Shown here in pieces: positions 31,057 to 40,459 of a stretch of DNA of 64,000 bases (positions within the stretch are counted from its first letter, which is position 1; each line of letters starts with the position of its first letter). A program made the translations under genes and the position numbers. A model generated the notes under the pieces. The model was given only the letters and a program-made list of their open reading frames with translations, was not told the DNA's origin and ran no database searches. The DNA is from Nitrospirota bacterium (GTDB lineage: Bacteria > Nitrospirota > UBA9217), in the NCBI GenBank assembly GCA_963737155.1, contig CAVTRN010000001.1, positions 576,001-640,000 of the forward strand. Direction: 5' to 3'.

Positions 31057-32207
31057 ACAAAATAATAGAATACGTGCAGTATAGAGTAGTCAGTGTGAAT
31101 GCCCCGCTGACCCGTTTACTGCTTTGCCTTGGCCTCTGTACTGTCTGCTGTCTGCTGCCTACCGCCTCCCCCGCCGAGCGCATCAAGGACATTGCTTCGT
31201 TCGAGGGCATGCAGGAAAACCAGCTTGTCGGCTATGGCCTCGTCGTCGGACTGGACAAGTCCGGCGACACGGGTAACCAGACGCTCCAGGCCATCTCAAA
31301 TATGCTGCAGCGGATGGGCCAGTCCATATCGATAGCAAACATCACGGCTAAGGACACGGCAGCGGTCATGGTTACGGCCACGCTTCCGCCATTCCCAAAG
31401 CCGGGAATGAAGTTGGATGGCATTGTTTCCGCCATCGGCGATGCTAAAAGCCTTCAGGGTGGCACGCTGCTTCTCGCACCTCTCAGGGGTCCCGATGGCA
31501 AGGTTTATGCGCTTGCCCAAGGAGCGGTTTCGGTTGGCGGTTTCATCGGCGGAGGCGGAGGAACCTCGGTCCAGAAGAACCATACTACAGCCGGTACAAT
31601 TATCAGCGGTATAATCATAGAAAACGAACCGCGTTTCACCTTAGGAGCAGGCAATGAAATTCGCGTCTTTCTGAACAACCCGGACATTACGACTGCGGTC
31701 ACGACAGCGAGAACAATCAACGAAGCGTTGAATGACAATACGGAGGCAACAACTGTTGACCCGACAACAATTAAGTTGAAGATCCCTGAGCAGTACCAGG
31801 GGAAACTGATGCAGTTCATCGCGCTTGTAGAAAGTCTGAATGTCCCCGTGGATATGCCCGCGCGAGTGGTCATTAACGAGCGGACCGGTACGGTCGCCAT
31901 CGGCGAGAACGTCAGAATCGAGCCCGTGGCCATCGCCCACGGCAATCTGACCATTGAGATCAAGACCGAGTACAAGGTGTCCCAGCCTCTTCCACGGGCG
32001 CCTAGCGGTGCCCAAACCATCGTGACCCCAGAAGAAACGGTGGACGTCAAAGAGCAGAAAGCCTCGCTCATAGAGGTATCAGGAGCAACACTCGGTGAAG
32101 TCGTCAGGGCACTGAACGCGTTGGGAGTAACCCCGCGAGACCTCGTCTCAATCCTTCAAGCGCTGAAGTCGGCAGGTGCCCTAAGGGCCGAGGTGGAGAT
32201 TATCTGA
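31044..32207 (+). CDS. flgI: P-ring protein FlgI
   Basis: RIKDI, NQLVGYGLVVGL, AKSLQGGTLL and ILQALKSAGAL motifs. Confidence 0.96.
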   Translation: MAILNKIIEYVQYRVVSVNAPLTRLLLCLGLCTVCCLLPTASPAERIKDIASFEGMQENQLVGYGLVVGLDKSGDTGNQTLQAISNMLQRMGQSISIANITAKDTAAVMVTATLPPFPKPGMKLDGIVSAIGDAKSLQGGTLLLAPLRGPDGKVYALAQGAVSVGGFIGGGGGTSVQKNHTTAGTIISGIIIENEPRFTLGAGNEIRVFLNNPDITTAVTTARTINEALNDNTEATTVDPTTIKLKIPEQYQGKLMQFIALVESLNVPVDMPARVVINERTGTVAIGENVRIEPVAIAHGNLTIEIKTEYKVSQPLPRAPSGAQTIVTPEETVDVKEQKASLIEVSGATLGEVVRALNALGVTPRDLVSILQALKSAGALRAEVEII

Positions 32208-32965
32208 TGCTGAACGCGCCCGGTACAACCGATATGCGTCGACTGAGCCTCGAAGCCGCAGGAGGGAAAAACGACCCCAAAGCCATAAAGGCAGTGGCCA
32301 AGGATATGGAAGCGCTCTTTGCATACGAGATGATCAAGGTCATGCGGGAGACGACGGACGACTCGTCGCAGAACTCTTTTGGCAAAGACACTTACATGAG
32401 CATGTTCGATATGGAGCTTTCCCGTCTCTTCGCCGAACGGGGAATGGGTCTTCAGGACATGATCGAAAGAGGGCTTACGTCCATCGCGGGAAAGGGGAAT
32501 CAGTTAACCCTGCCACAGCAAGCAGACCGGGCACAGGATCAAAAACAAGCGTTGCAGTCAGAGGTCAAGAGCCTGCTCCCGGATATTCAAAACCCGCAAA
32601 TCAGTTCGGGATTCGGTATGCGAAAGGATCCCCTTACCGGGGAGCATGAGTTTCATAAGGGCATAGACATTGCCGCTCCCGCAGGCGCTAATGTCCATGC
32701 AATCCGGAAAGGAAAGGTTGTGTTCAGCGGTGAGCAACGGGGTTACGGCAATGTCGTGATTGTAGACCATGAAAACGGATTTATAACCAAGTATGCGCAC
32801 AATCAAAAAAATCTGGTAAAGGAAGGCGACGAGGTCGATGGGGGGTCGGTTATTGCACACGTAGGATCCTCTGGAAAATCAACGGGTTCTCACGTTCATT
32901 TTGAGGTGCTGTATAGGGGGCAGGCAGTGAACCCCAGCATTCTCCTGACACACGGGCAAGATTAA
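32207..32965 (+). CDS. flgJ: FlgJ-like rod-binding domain fused to an M23 peptidase
   Basis: N-terminal VAKDMEALFAYEMIKVMRET..YMSMFD; C-terminal HKGID and STGSHVHFEV. Confidence 0.85.
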   Translation: MLNAPGTTDMRRLSLEAAGGKNDPKAIKAVAKDMEALFAYEMIKVMRETTDDSSQNSFGKDTYMSMFDMELSRLFAERGMGLQDMIERGLTSIAGKGNQLTLPQQADRAQDQKQALQSEVKSLLPDIQNPQISSGFGMRKDPLTGEHEFHKGIDIAAPAGANVHAIRKGKVVFSGEQRGYGNVVIVDHENGFITKYAHNQKNLVKEGDEVDGGSVIAHVGSSGKSTGSHVHFEVLYRGQAVNPSILLTHGQD

Positions 32966-32989
32966 AGTTTTTCTGGCTTCTGCCGATAA
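32963..32989 (+). promoter_or_regulatory. Sigma-28 promoter of flgM
   Basis: Perfect TAAAGTTT-N11-GCCGATAA. Confidence 0.92.
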
Positions 32990-33026
32990 GAAAAACACAA
33001 ATCATGCCTCAAGTGAAGGAGAAATT

Positions 33027-33335
33027 ATGAATATCAATTCCAGCAAACCGCCTGAAGGCCAGGGACAGAGCTGCAGCGCACAAAATGCGAGGAACGTCCA
33101 GCAATCCCAAGCTGCAGAGCAGAAGGATAATGCCGCGCCGACACAGCAGACCGGCAGTGCAGACCGGGTGGATATCTCCGGCACCAGTAAGGAAATCACC
33201 GACATCATGTCCGCGGTCAACCAGCTTCCCGATGTGCGGAACGACAAGGTGCAGGCGATCAAGCAGAGTATTGATGCAGGCACCTATTCCGTTGACGCTA
33301 GCAAGGTGGCCTCGTCGATCATCAATAGCATATGA
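33027..33335 (+). CDS. flgM: Anti-sigma-28 factor FlgM
   Basis: DRVDIS and DVRNDKVQAIKQSIDAGTYSVD motifs. Confidence 0.92.
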   Translation: MNINSSKPPEGQGQSCSAQNARNVQQSQAAEQKDNAAPTQQTGSADRVDISGTSKEITDIMSAVNQLPDVRNDKVQAIKQSIDAGTYSVDASKVASSIINSI

Positions 33336-33787
33336 AGTGGACTAACGATATTAAATCCATACTGACCGAACAGGTAGGCGGTTACCGCCGCCTGCTCGAC
33401 ATCCTCCAACGCGAACGCGCATGCCTTCTCCACTTCGATCCCTGCGGAGTGGAAGTCCTCGCCAAGGAGAAAGACACCATTGTGATGAAACTGAAGCTCT
33501 TAGAGGAGGAACGGGTGAGGCTCGTCCGGGCCTTCACAGAGGAACACGGAATTGCCGACAAAGCAGCATTTTCCAAGCTCGCCGAAACAGCCGGCGATGA
33601 CTCCTTCCAGCGACTCCGCCTCCAACTCATTTCGCTCCTCCAGAGCATCATGGAATTGAACGGCTTTAATCGCGTTCTGATTGAACGATCCACCTCGGTC
33701 GTGAAAAACGCACTGAATTTTCTGGGTTCCATCGGCATAGCGGTGCAAACGAAAAACTCCGGCACACTTTTTTCGAAGGAAGCATAA
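33332..33787 (+). CDS. flgN: Export chaperone FlgN
   Basis: Helical 151-aa protein with LNGFNRVLIE, between flgM and flgK. Confidence 0.8.
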   Translation: MKWTNDIKSILTEQVGGYRRLLDILQRERACLLHFDPCGVEVLAKEKDTIVMKLKLLEEERVRLVRAFTEEHGIADKAAFSKLAETAGDDSFQRLRLQLISLLQSIMELNGFNRVLIERSTSVVKNALNFLGSIGIAVQTKNSGTLFSKEA

Positions 33788-35428
33788 ATGTCTCTTACCG
33801 GCCTCTATAACATTGGTGAATCGGCGTTGGCAGCGAGCCAAGCTGGGCTCGCTGTAACCAGCAATAATATAGCGAACGTCAATACCCCTGGTTATGATGC
33901 TGAGGCAGTCACCCTCAGCATTTCAAACCCTATCCAGACCAGCGCAGGATCCATCGGAACCGGTGTTACGGCTACCGGGATCACGCGCAACTATAACCAG
34001 TTCATAGGAGCTCAACTACTTACCCAGCAGCAGAACCAGAGTGCTTCTTCATCATTAAGCCAGACATTGGGACAGGTGGAGCAGTTAATGAACGAGGATC
34101 AAGGCGTCGGCTTGTCCACGCCATTGAGCAATTTTTTTAACGACTGGAACAATGTAGCATCATCTCCTGACTCTTCGGCAGCCCGCACCACTCTGATCCA
34201 GGATGCAGGCACCCTTGTAACAACAGCTCAGACGATCGGAAGCAGCCTCAACGCTACAGTTAGCAACGCAAACCAGGCAATCACCAGTGATGTAGGCCAA
34301 ATCAATACGATTGCAACAGAAATTGCAGGGCTCAACAAGCAAATTGTTCAACAGGAAGCAGGCGCAAACGGATCTCAGCCAAGTGCATTACTAAGTCAAC
34401 AAGACGCCCAATTAACGGCACTTGCCCAACTCACAAACTTTTCCACATATACAAATAGCGACGGATCAATTACCGTTGAAGTCGGCGGGCAAAACCTTGT
34501 TTCTGGCTCGCAGGCCTACACGATGAGCACTGCAGCTGATTCGAACGGCAACCAGGCTGTAATGCTAAATGGAAATAATATTACGTCTGGTATAACGGGT
34601 GGAGATATCGGCGGGCAAATTTCCTCCATAAGCGGGATTCAAAATACAACGCTCACAGGGCTGGAAACGCTTATTACTTCCCTTACGCTGCAGGTGAATA
34701 AATTAAATAGTTCCGGATACGGCCTCGACGGGTCGACTGGGAATAATTTTTTCAATGCACCACAGCTTACTACGCTCAATAATACGACGAACTCGGATAT
34801 CACGGCCACGGTAAGCAATGAGGCCAATCTCTCCGCTACAGTATACAATTTTACCTTTTCTGGCGGAAAATACAGCGTTTATAACAGCCAGACAGGCGCG
34901 ATTGTTACCGGTCCTACTGCTTATACGGCAGGGACTCCGATCGATCTTAGCTCAACACTCGGCATGACGGTGGATATACCGGCAGGGACGCCGGCTTCAG
35001 GATCCTTTACCATCAGCCCGCTTACCTCGGCAATCAGCAACTTCGGAGTGGCACTTACCGACCCCAACCAGGTAGCCGCCGCCTCTACGGCTGCAGGTGT
35101 CCCGGGTGATAACAGCAACGCGACACTCATTTCACAACTGGCTGGACAAACGATAAGCGCTCTTGGCAATGAGACTTTCTCTGATTACTATAGCGGCATT
35201 GTAGCCACGGCCGGTTCAGCCGCACAATCGGCATCCGACAATCTTACCTTTGATAACAACCTGGTCTCGTCCCTTCAGAGCCAGGAGCAATCGGCCTCAG
35301 GCGTCTCTCTCGATCAGGAGGCGACTAATCTTATGCTTTACCAGAGATCCTACGATGCGGCCGCTCAGCTTATTACCATAACTGATCAAATGGTCCAGAC
35401 ATTGCTTAATATACAGACGTCGGGGTAA
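33788..35428 (+). CDS. flgK: Hook-associated protein FlgK
   Basis: VTSNNIANVNTPGY and SGVSLDQEATNLMLYQRSYDAAAQ motifs. Confidence 0.95.
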   Translation: MSLTGLYNIGESALAASQAGLAVTSNNIANVNTPGYDAEAVTLSISNPIQTSAGSIGTGVTATGITRNYNQFIGAQLLTQQQNQSASSSLSQTLGQVEQLMNEDQGVGLSTPLSNFFNDWNNVASSPDSSAARTTLIQDAGTLVTTAQTIGSSLNATVSNANQAITSDVGQINTIATEIAGLNKQIVQQEAGANGSQPSALLSQQDAQLTALAQLTNFSTYTNSDGSITVEVGGQNLVSGSQAYTMSTAADSNGNQAVMLNGNNITSGITGGDIGGQISSISGIQNTTLTGLETLITSLTLQVNKLNSSGYGLDGSTGNNFFNAPQLTTLNNTTNSDITATVSNEANLSATVYNFTFSGGKYSVYNSQTGAIVTGPTAYTAGTPIDLSSTLGMTVDIPAGTPASGSFTISPLTSAISNFGVALTDPNQVAAASTAAGVPGDNSNATLISQLAGQTISALGNETFSDYYSGIVATAGSAAQSASDNLTFDNNLVSSLQSQEQSASGVSLDQEATNLMLYQRSYDAAAQLITITDQMVQTLLNIQTSG

Positions 35429-35432
35429 TACT

Positions 35433-36458
35433 ATGAGAATAACCACATCCATGATCTCTAGTCAGTTACTGGCTGACATCCAGAACAGCCAGACATCTGA
35501 GGACAATATGACCCAGCAGCTGGGTACGGGCGATAATATACTTACTCCTTCCGATAATGTCATGGGCACAGTCCGTTCCATGGACTACCAGGTGAATATC
35601 AGTAGTGACGGCCAGTATGAGAACAATATAGACAACGCAAGCAATAATCTTAACGAGACAAACACCGTTCTCACTTCAATATCCGATACGCTCTCAAGCA
35701 TTACAGGCATTCTGAATAGTGCAACCTCGTCATCAGGGCAGAGCAGCCAATTGGCCAGTCAGGTATCCCAGCTGCAGAATCAGCTTCTTGGCTATGCAAA
35801 CACCAATATTGGCGGTGACTATCTGCTCTCAGGTTTTCAGACAGGCACGCAGCCCTATGCGGCGGGTACCTCTGATTATCAGGGCGATACAGGGCTCCAG
35901 AACGTTCCCATCGGCGAAAATGCGACAATTGCGCAAAATGTTCCAGGCACCAGTGTACTTAGTTACACTCAAACAAAACCGTATACAGCCACGCTATCGA
36001 ATGGCGATACCGCAACCTATACTAATGGAGGTACTACGGTAGCGGGTGAACCGATAGTAAATGTTAGCATCACTGATGCCAACCATAATCCGGTTTCGAA
36101 TTTCAGTTTTTCAAATGCAATCCAGCTGACTGGCATGCTGAGCACGGCCGTAGCAAATAACGACACTACCACTATCGATGCGCTCCAGTACCCCTTTAGC
36201 CAGATGCAGAACCAGGTAAATACGGCCCAAGCTGATGTAAGCGCAAGTTTGAACGGACTTAAGGATCAAACAACTAACCTGACCCAAAGCACGACCATCA
36301 CGCAGAACAGCCTTTCCACGATCCAGAGCGCGGACACCGCCTCGCTTGGCGTGGAGATTCAGCAGGCGAACACAGATCTTCAGGCCCTCTACTCAGCATC
36401 TGCTGAGATTCTTCCCTTGTCTCTCTTTAGCTTTCTGCAGTCGTCAAGTACCGGGTAG
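35433..36458 (+). CDS. flgL: Hook-associated protein FlgL
   Basis: MRIT N-terminus, PSD, ANT..GDYLLSG and LSLFSFL; follows flgK. Confidence 0.9.
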   Translation: MRITTSMISSQLLADIQNSQTSEDNMTQQLGTGDNILTPSDNVMGTVRSMDYQVNISSDGQYENNIDNASNNLNETNTVLTSISDTLSSITGILNSATSSSGQSSQLASQVSQLQNQLLGYANTNIGGDYLLSGFQTGTQPYAAGTSDYQGDTGLQNVPIGENATIAQNVPGTSVLSYTQTKPYTATLSNGDTATYTNGGTTVAGEPIVNVSITDANHNPVSNFSFSNAIQLTGMLSTAVANNDTTTIDALQYPFSQMQNQVNTAQADVSASLNGLKDQTTNLTQSTTITQNSLSTIQSADTASLGVEIQQANTDLQALYSASAEILPLSLFSFLQSSSTG

Positions 36459-37723
36459 TTGATTCACAATAAATATTGCTCAAGTATTTTTTTAACAAAT
36501 CTTTGGCACGAGCAGAAATAATGGGCATCAGGAATGCCCGAAAAACACCCCAAGAATTCTGGACGCGCAAAAAGGCTTTAAATCTCCTCAATGCCTCCCT
36601 CGTACAAATCAGGCTCTCGCGGAAGACTTCGCGCTTTCAAAGCGAGCCGATGCCCGCAGGCCCAAGGCAATCGTCTTGTTTTCTCTCCTTCCCTGATCGA
36701 TCATCAGCAGCTCATCATTTTTTGAGCAGACCAAACCGCAAAGCTGGATCATGGCTATATCGCCGGCCTAGACTTGGCTCGATGAGGCGGAAACAGAATT
36801 GTTCTTTGCTCGATTGATGCGCGGTGGTAGGGACGCGTAATAACCAGACGTCTATTCTCTCGTGGAGATAAATCTCCAGAGTCATGAGCCCACTATCCTC
36901 GCTAGATATCCGCCGTTCTCGGCATCCAGCGCCGTGCAATTCTCTTGGTAGATTTCTTTTCATCGTCGACCACCTCCCGCTCCTCCGCATAAAGAGAGGC
37001 TTGCCAAACGTGAAAAAATAGATTCTAGGCTCGAGTGTGGAGCAAAAGAATATCGTAAATCGAAGGTTGTGCCAGATTGTTCAAATACCAGCATTGTATT
37101 GTAAACATCTTTGTCCGGAGCAGGTTCCGGGAATTGAAGAGCATCGGGTGGGTATCTGTGTAATGGTGCTCCCACCGTCCGTCAAACAGACTATCCAATG
37201 TCATAAAATTACAACATTTCATTCATTGCATTTTTTCGATATCCCCCCAAAAGTACCCCTATATATTTTATTTGCTATCGAACTCGGCGTTCCATCAAGA
37301 TTCGACTCTGCGATAATTTATCACCAACACATTGTAGATTAGTCAATGCGATTGCCACGCGGCCCGGTGCCGGTCGTAAACTTGACACCGAGACGGTATC
37401 GCCGTTGTAATTTTTAACTCAAGCATTACTCGAGGAATCTATGGCAATGGTTTGTCGAATTGACACCGGTCGGAAATGTCAGAGTCAACTGGACAGTGAT
37501 TGGTATGAAGGATGTAATCCCGCCCGCGTTGATATCATTTCAGTTCGCCGCTATGCTATAATTTTAAATAAATACGGATTCTTACAAAAATCGTAAAAAT
37601 CGGAAATTTTCGCTCCGCTGAAACGTCTCTGGAGTGAAAAAATAAACAGGTTGCAGTGTCACTACCGGGAACGGAACGATGAAGAAATATTAATGTCTGA
37701 TTGAAAAGTACAAGGACCTTATC

Positions 37724-39289
37724 ATGTCACGATCAGCCAGACTATCTCCGGTTGCGCTCATCATTGTTTTTCTGTTGTCCGGTTGTGTGAAAGTGGGGCC
37801 GGACTTCCACAGGCCGGAGAGTGTAGTTTCGCCGAGCTGGATAGTGGCTGGACATAAAAGGGTGCGAAATGGGTCTTCGGATTACCGCGCATGGTGGAAG
37901 GTATTCAACGACCCAGTCCTAGATGGGCTTATTGACCGTGCATACAGCGAGAACCTCACGCTGAGGATTGCAGGAATTCGCATACTGGAAGCCAGGGCAC
38001 AACTCGGCATTGCCATAGGGAGTATCTTTCCCCAAACCCAGCAGGCTTCGGGGTCTCTGGAACATATCAAGACAAGTGAATCTTCTCCCCAGTTCTTTCC
38101 TGAATATTCCATTGATCAAATAGGGATTAACGCAGGTTGGGAACTCGATTTTTGGGGAAAGTTTAGACGGTCGATCGAGTCGGCCAATGCCACGTGGCTT
38201 GCAACAGTCGCTGATTACGATAATGCCATGGTCAGCCTTACGGCCGATGTTGCCATTTCATATATTACGATCAGGACGCTCGAAAAACAGATAGCCATTG
38301 CCTGTGAAAATGTGGATGTCCAGAAAGAAAGTATGCAGATCACGGAAGCCAGGTTCCATTTTGGCACAGTTACTCAGTTGGATGTGGCGCAGGCCCGAAC
38401 AGTCCTCAATAACACCCTTGCTTCTGTCTCACCCCTTGAAACCCAACTGCGGCAGCAGGAAGATGCCCTTTGCGTATTACTGGGGATTGCGCCACGAGAC
38501 TTAGCGGATTTAATCAAGGGAAATGCTGAAATCCCTGTCTCTCCGCCTGAGGTAATCGCAGGCATTCCTGCCGACCTTCTCCGACGTAGACCGGACATTC
38601 GGAGTGCGGAGTACCAGGCAGCTGCTCAATCAGCCCAGATCGGTGTGGCCAAAGCTGACCTTTATCCGGCTTTCTCACTGAGCGGAATGTTTGGCTTTCT
38701 GTCAAGCAATTACGGACGATCCGAACTCGCAGACATCTTGGAGTGGAAAAACCGAACGTTCCAGATTGGCACTTCATTCCAGTGGAATATTCTTAATTAT
38801 GGCCAAATCACGAATAATGTCCGAGTGCAGGATGCCAGGTTCCAGGAACTGCTTGTTACATATCAGAACACAGTCTTGAAGGCACAACAGGATGTGGAAG
38901 ATAATCTGGCTGCCTTTCTGAGAGCCCAGGAACGGGCCCAGTATCTGGCCCAGAGCACTGTGGCTGCCAAGGATGCATTTGATATCGCGGCTAAACAATA
39001 TCGGCAAGGCATCACAGACTTTACCACCGTGCTGGTAGCCCAACAGAATCTTTTGAATGAGCAGGACAATCTGGCCGTTACTATGGGCAATATATCCAGC
39101 GGGTTGGTTGGAGTCTATAGGTCTCTGGGCGGGGGTTGGGAAATCCGTGAAGGCAAGGAATTGGTGCCTCCCACTATTAAAGAGGAAATGACGAAACGTA
39201 CTGATTGGGGCAAATTGCTCGCACCTGCATTATATAATCCGCCATTATTGACAGAGCCCAAGTCATCAATCCGGCCCCCGGATTGGTAG
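37724..39289 (+). CDS. RND efflux outer-membrane lipoprotein (NodT/OprM family)
   Basis: Lipobox LSGC, WELDFWG, PADLLRRRPDIR and YRSLGGGW motifs. Confidence 0.95.
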   Translation: MSRSARLSPVALIIVFLLSGCVKVGPDFHRPESVVSPSWIVAGHKRVRNGSSDYRAWWKVFNDPVLDGLIDRAYSENLTLRIAGIRILEARAQLGIAIGSIFPQTQQASGSLEHIKTSESSPQFFPEYSIDQIGINAGWELDFWGKFRRSIESANATWLATVADYDNAMVSLTADVAISYITIRTLEKQIAIACENVDVQKESMQITEARFHFGTVTQLDVAQARTVLNNTLASVSPLETQLRQQEDALCVLLGIAPRDLADLIKGNAEIPVSPPEVIAGIPADLLRRRPDIRSAEYQAAAQSAQIGVAKADLYPAFSLSGMFGFLSSNYGRSELADILEWKNRTFQIGTSFQWNILNYGQITNNVRVQDARFQELLVTYQNTVLKAQQDVEDNLAAFLRAQERAQYLAQSTVAAKDAFDIAAKQYRQGITDFTTVLVAQQNLLNEQDNLAVTMGNISSGLVGVYRSLGGGWEIREGKELVPPTIKEEMTKRTDWGKLLAPALYNPPLLTEPKSSIRPPDW

Positions 39290-39313
39290 AGAATACAGGA
39301 GAGGAAGCCAAGC

Positions 39314-40459
39314 ATGAAGATTTGGACGGAGCTCATGAAAGTTGCATGCTGGAGCGCCTTGATTGTCTTTGTCCTTATTGCAGGGTGCAAAGCAAAGAAA
39401 GCCGCGCCTCCTCCTCCGCCTGAAGTTACGGTTAAACAGCCGGAGCAGCGGATCGTGACCGACTATCTCGAACTTAGCGGAAACACCCAGGCAATAAATA
39501 CTGTTCAACTGGTCGGTAGGGTGCCGGGTTACCTCGATAAGGTCTTTTTTCACGATGGGCAAATGGTCAAAAAAGGCCAAACGCTTTTTCTCATCCAGCA
39601 AAATACATATCAAGCCAGGCTTCAGCAGGCAGAAGGACAAGTCTTATTACAAAAAGCCCAGTTGGAATATGCTGCGAGCCAGTTTACCCGCTATTCCGCA
39701 TTGTTGCCGGAAAAGGCTGCCGCGCAATCCGATGTCGACAACTGGAAGTACCAGCGGGATGCTGCCCAGGCCAACCTGAAAGCAGCGGAAGCACAACGTG
39801 ACCTTGCCAAACTTGATCTGAGTTATACGGAGGTTACCGCCCCTTTAGACGGCCGTATCGACCGTAGGCTGCAAGACCCAGGCAACCTTGTGGGCACAGA
39901 TACCGGCAACTCTGTCCTGGCTCAGCTCAACCAAATCGACCCGATCTATGTTTATTTTACGATCAGCGATGCGGACTTGGCCCGGCTTATGAAGAGTGCT
40001 CATGGGATCCCCGGGAGTGGCAGTCTCCAAAAATGGCCGGTATTTATAGGGTTGACGGATGAAAAAGACTACCCGCATCACGGCCACCTCGATTTTGCTT
40101 CAATCAGTCTTACTCCCACCAGCGGCACTCTCCTTATGAGGGGAGTTTTTTCGAATCCCTCCGGGAGAATACTGCCGGGCCTGTTTGCAAGGGTGCAAGT
40201 GCCCCTGGAGAAAGAAGCCGCGTTCCTCTTGCCTGAAACTGCTATTAGTAATGATCAGCAGGGCGATTATGTTCTGATTGTAAACGAAAAGCATATTGTG
40301 GAACGTCGCCTTATAAAAACCGGTCCTTCGAGAAATGGTATGCGGGTCATCGAAGAAGGCCTTACCGGGGGAGAATGGGTCATTACCAACGGTATATTAA
40401 AAGCGTTTCCCGGACGCCAGGTCACTCCTGTGTCTGAGAGCGGGCGGGGAAAACAATGA
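39314..40459 (+). CDS. RND periplasmic adaptor (MFP)
   Basis: Lipobox IAGC, GQMVKKGQTLF, TAPLDGRI and LPGLFARV motifs. Confidence 0.95.
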   Translation: MKIWTELMKVACWSALIVFVLIAGCKAKKAAPPPPPEVTVKQPEQRIVTDYLELSGNTQAINTVQLVGRVPGYLDKVFFHDGQMVKKGQTLFLIQQNTYQARLQQAEGQVLLQKAQLEYAASQFTRYSALLPEKAAAQSDVDNWKYQRDAAQANLKAAEAQRDLAKLDLSYTEVTAPLDGRIDRRLQDPGNLVGTDTGNSVLAQLNQIDPIYVYFTISDADLARLMKSAHGIPGSGSLQKWPVFIGLTDEKDYPHHGHLDFASISLTPTSGTLLMRGVFSNPSGRILPGLFARVQVPLEKEAAFLLPETAISNDQQGDYVLIVNEKHIVERRLIKTGPSRNGMRVIEEGLTGGEWVITNGILKAFPGRQVTPVSESGRGKQ

